From Sphingomicrobium sp. (lineage in GTDB: Bacteria > Pseudomonadota > Alphaproteobacteria > Sphingomonadales > Sphingomonadaceae): 64,000 nt of DNA. A program made the translations under genes and the position numbers. Of this stretch, positions 63,071 to 64,000 are shown piece by piece. How positions within the stretch are numbered: the stretch's first letter is position 1; each line of letters opens with the position of its first letter. Under the pieces are notes generated by a model. That model ran no database searches. It was not told the origin of the DNA and saw nothing but the letters and a program-made list of their open reading frames with translations. The stretch covers positions 16,639 to 80,638 of the forward strand of contig JBDSRV010000073.1 in the NCBI GenBank assembly GCA_039929125.1, read 5' to 3'.

Positions 63071-64000
63071 ATGAGCATCGCCGCGGACAACCCCTTGGGC
63101 CTGGATGGCTTCGAATTCTGCGAATTCACGTCGCCCGATCCCGCCGCGCTCGAAGCGCAGTTCCGGGCGCTGGGTTTCGTGCCCTCGCATCGCCACCCGG
63201 CCAAGGACGTGCTGCGCTTCGTCCAGGGCCGCATCAACCTGTTGCTCAACCGCGAGACATCGGGCCAGGCGGCCGAGTTCCGCGCCGCGCACGGTCCTTC
63301 GGCGAGCGGCATGGCGTTCCGCGTCGCCGATGCCCGCGCCGCCTTCGACCATGCCGTCACGGAAGGCGCCAGGCCGGTCGACGCGGCCCGCGGCACCCTC
63401 GGCGAGGGTAGCTTCGTCATCGAGGGGATCGGCGGTTCGAACCTCTATCTGGTCGACCGTCACGGCGACCATGGCGGACTCTACGACGACTGGATCGAGA
63501 TCGAAGGCTGGCGCGAGGAGTCGGCCGCCAACGCCGTCGGCCTCGACCTGCTCGACCACCTCACCCACAATGTCCGGCGCGGCGAGATGCGTACCTGGTC
63601 AAGCTTCTATGGCCGCTTGTTCGGCTTCGAAGAGCAGAAATATTTCGACATCAAGGGGCAGGCGACCGGCCTGTTCAGCCAGGCGATGATCGCCCCCGAC
63701 AAGGCCATTCGCATCCCCCTCAACGAGAGCCAGGACGACCACAGCCAGATCGAGGAATATTTGCGCGAATATCAGGGCGAAGGCATTCAACACCTTGCCC
63801 TGACCACCCCCGACATCTTCGGCACGGTCGAGAAATTGCGCGCCCGCGGGGTCAAGCTGCAGGACACGATCGAGACCTATTACGAGCTGGTCGACAAGCG
63901 CGTTCCCGGCCACGGCGAGGATTTGGAGCGGCTGCGCAAGAACCGCATCCTGATCGACGGCAACGTCGGCGACGAAGGCATTTTGCTGCAGATTTTCACC
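63071..64000 (+). CDS. hppD: 4-hydroxyphenylpyruvate dioxygenase (partial; runs off the window)
   Basis: NPLGLDGFEFCEF, LDHLTHNV, RIPLNE, GEGIQHLAL, LLQIFT. Confidence 0.95.
   Translation, partial: MSIAADNPLGLDGFEFCEFTSPDPAALEAQFRALGFVPSHRHPAKDVLRFVQGRINLLLNRETSGQAAEFRAAHGPSASGMAFRVADARAAFDHAVTEGARPVDAARGTLGEGSFVIEGIGGSNLYLVDRHGDHGGLYDDWIEIEGWREESAANAVGLDLLDHLTHNVRRGEMRTWSSFYGRLFGFEEQKYFDIKGQATGLFSQAMIAPDKAIRIPLNESQDDHSQIEEYLREYQGEGIQHLALTTPDIFGTVEKLRARGVKLQDTIETYYELVDKRVPGHGEDLERLRKNRILIDGNVGDEGILLQIFT

Noticed and set aside
199-64000. Many long ORFs antisense or frame-shifted to real genes (e.g. 199-1353, 7974-9446 part, 43913-45586, 45847-47820, 53492-55144, 58144-59967)
   Set aside because: Shadow ORFs expected from high GC3 codon bias; Arg/Gly/Pro-rich translations with no motifs, overlapping well-supported genes.

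Overview
High-GC chromosomal segment, most likely from a Sphingomonadaceae alphaproteobacterium (inferred from codon usage, the crtG/Y/I/B/Z set, psp genes and EcfG-type promoter motifs; no search was run). Most of it is housekeeping and metabolism: M13 peptidase, hybrid kinase, ispB, gnd, hrpB, wecB, two tRNAs, a complete nostoxanthin-type carotenoid cluster, rarA, hicAB, a metal locus (CDF plus ZnuD-like receptor), a psp operon variant, bkdA1A2B, azoR, an AceE-like E1, MaoC/CitE, acs, zwf-pgl, tonB and hppD. Four things stand out. (1) A three-gene envelope operon at 57.3-63.0 kb: a 519-aa Ala/Met decapeptide-repeat protein, a zinc-peptidase/beta-propeller/beta-barrel outer-membrane protein, and a PrsW-type intramembrane protease. 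(2) An unannotated ~65-nt two-hairpin sRNA candidate behind an exact GGAAC-N16-CGTT promoter at 27.3 kb. (3) A 1.8-kb AT-richer cassette bounded by palindromic direct repeats at 50.0-51.9 kb. (4) Several small or repeat proteins missed or mis-started by the ORF track. No CRISPR array, transposase, integrase or rRNA was seen.
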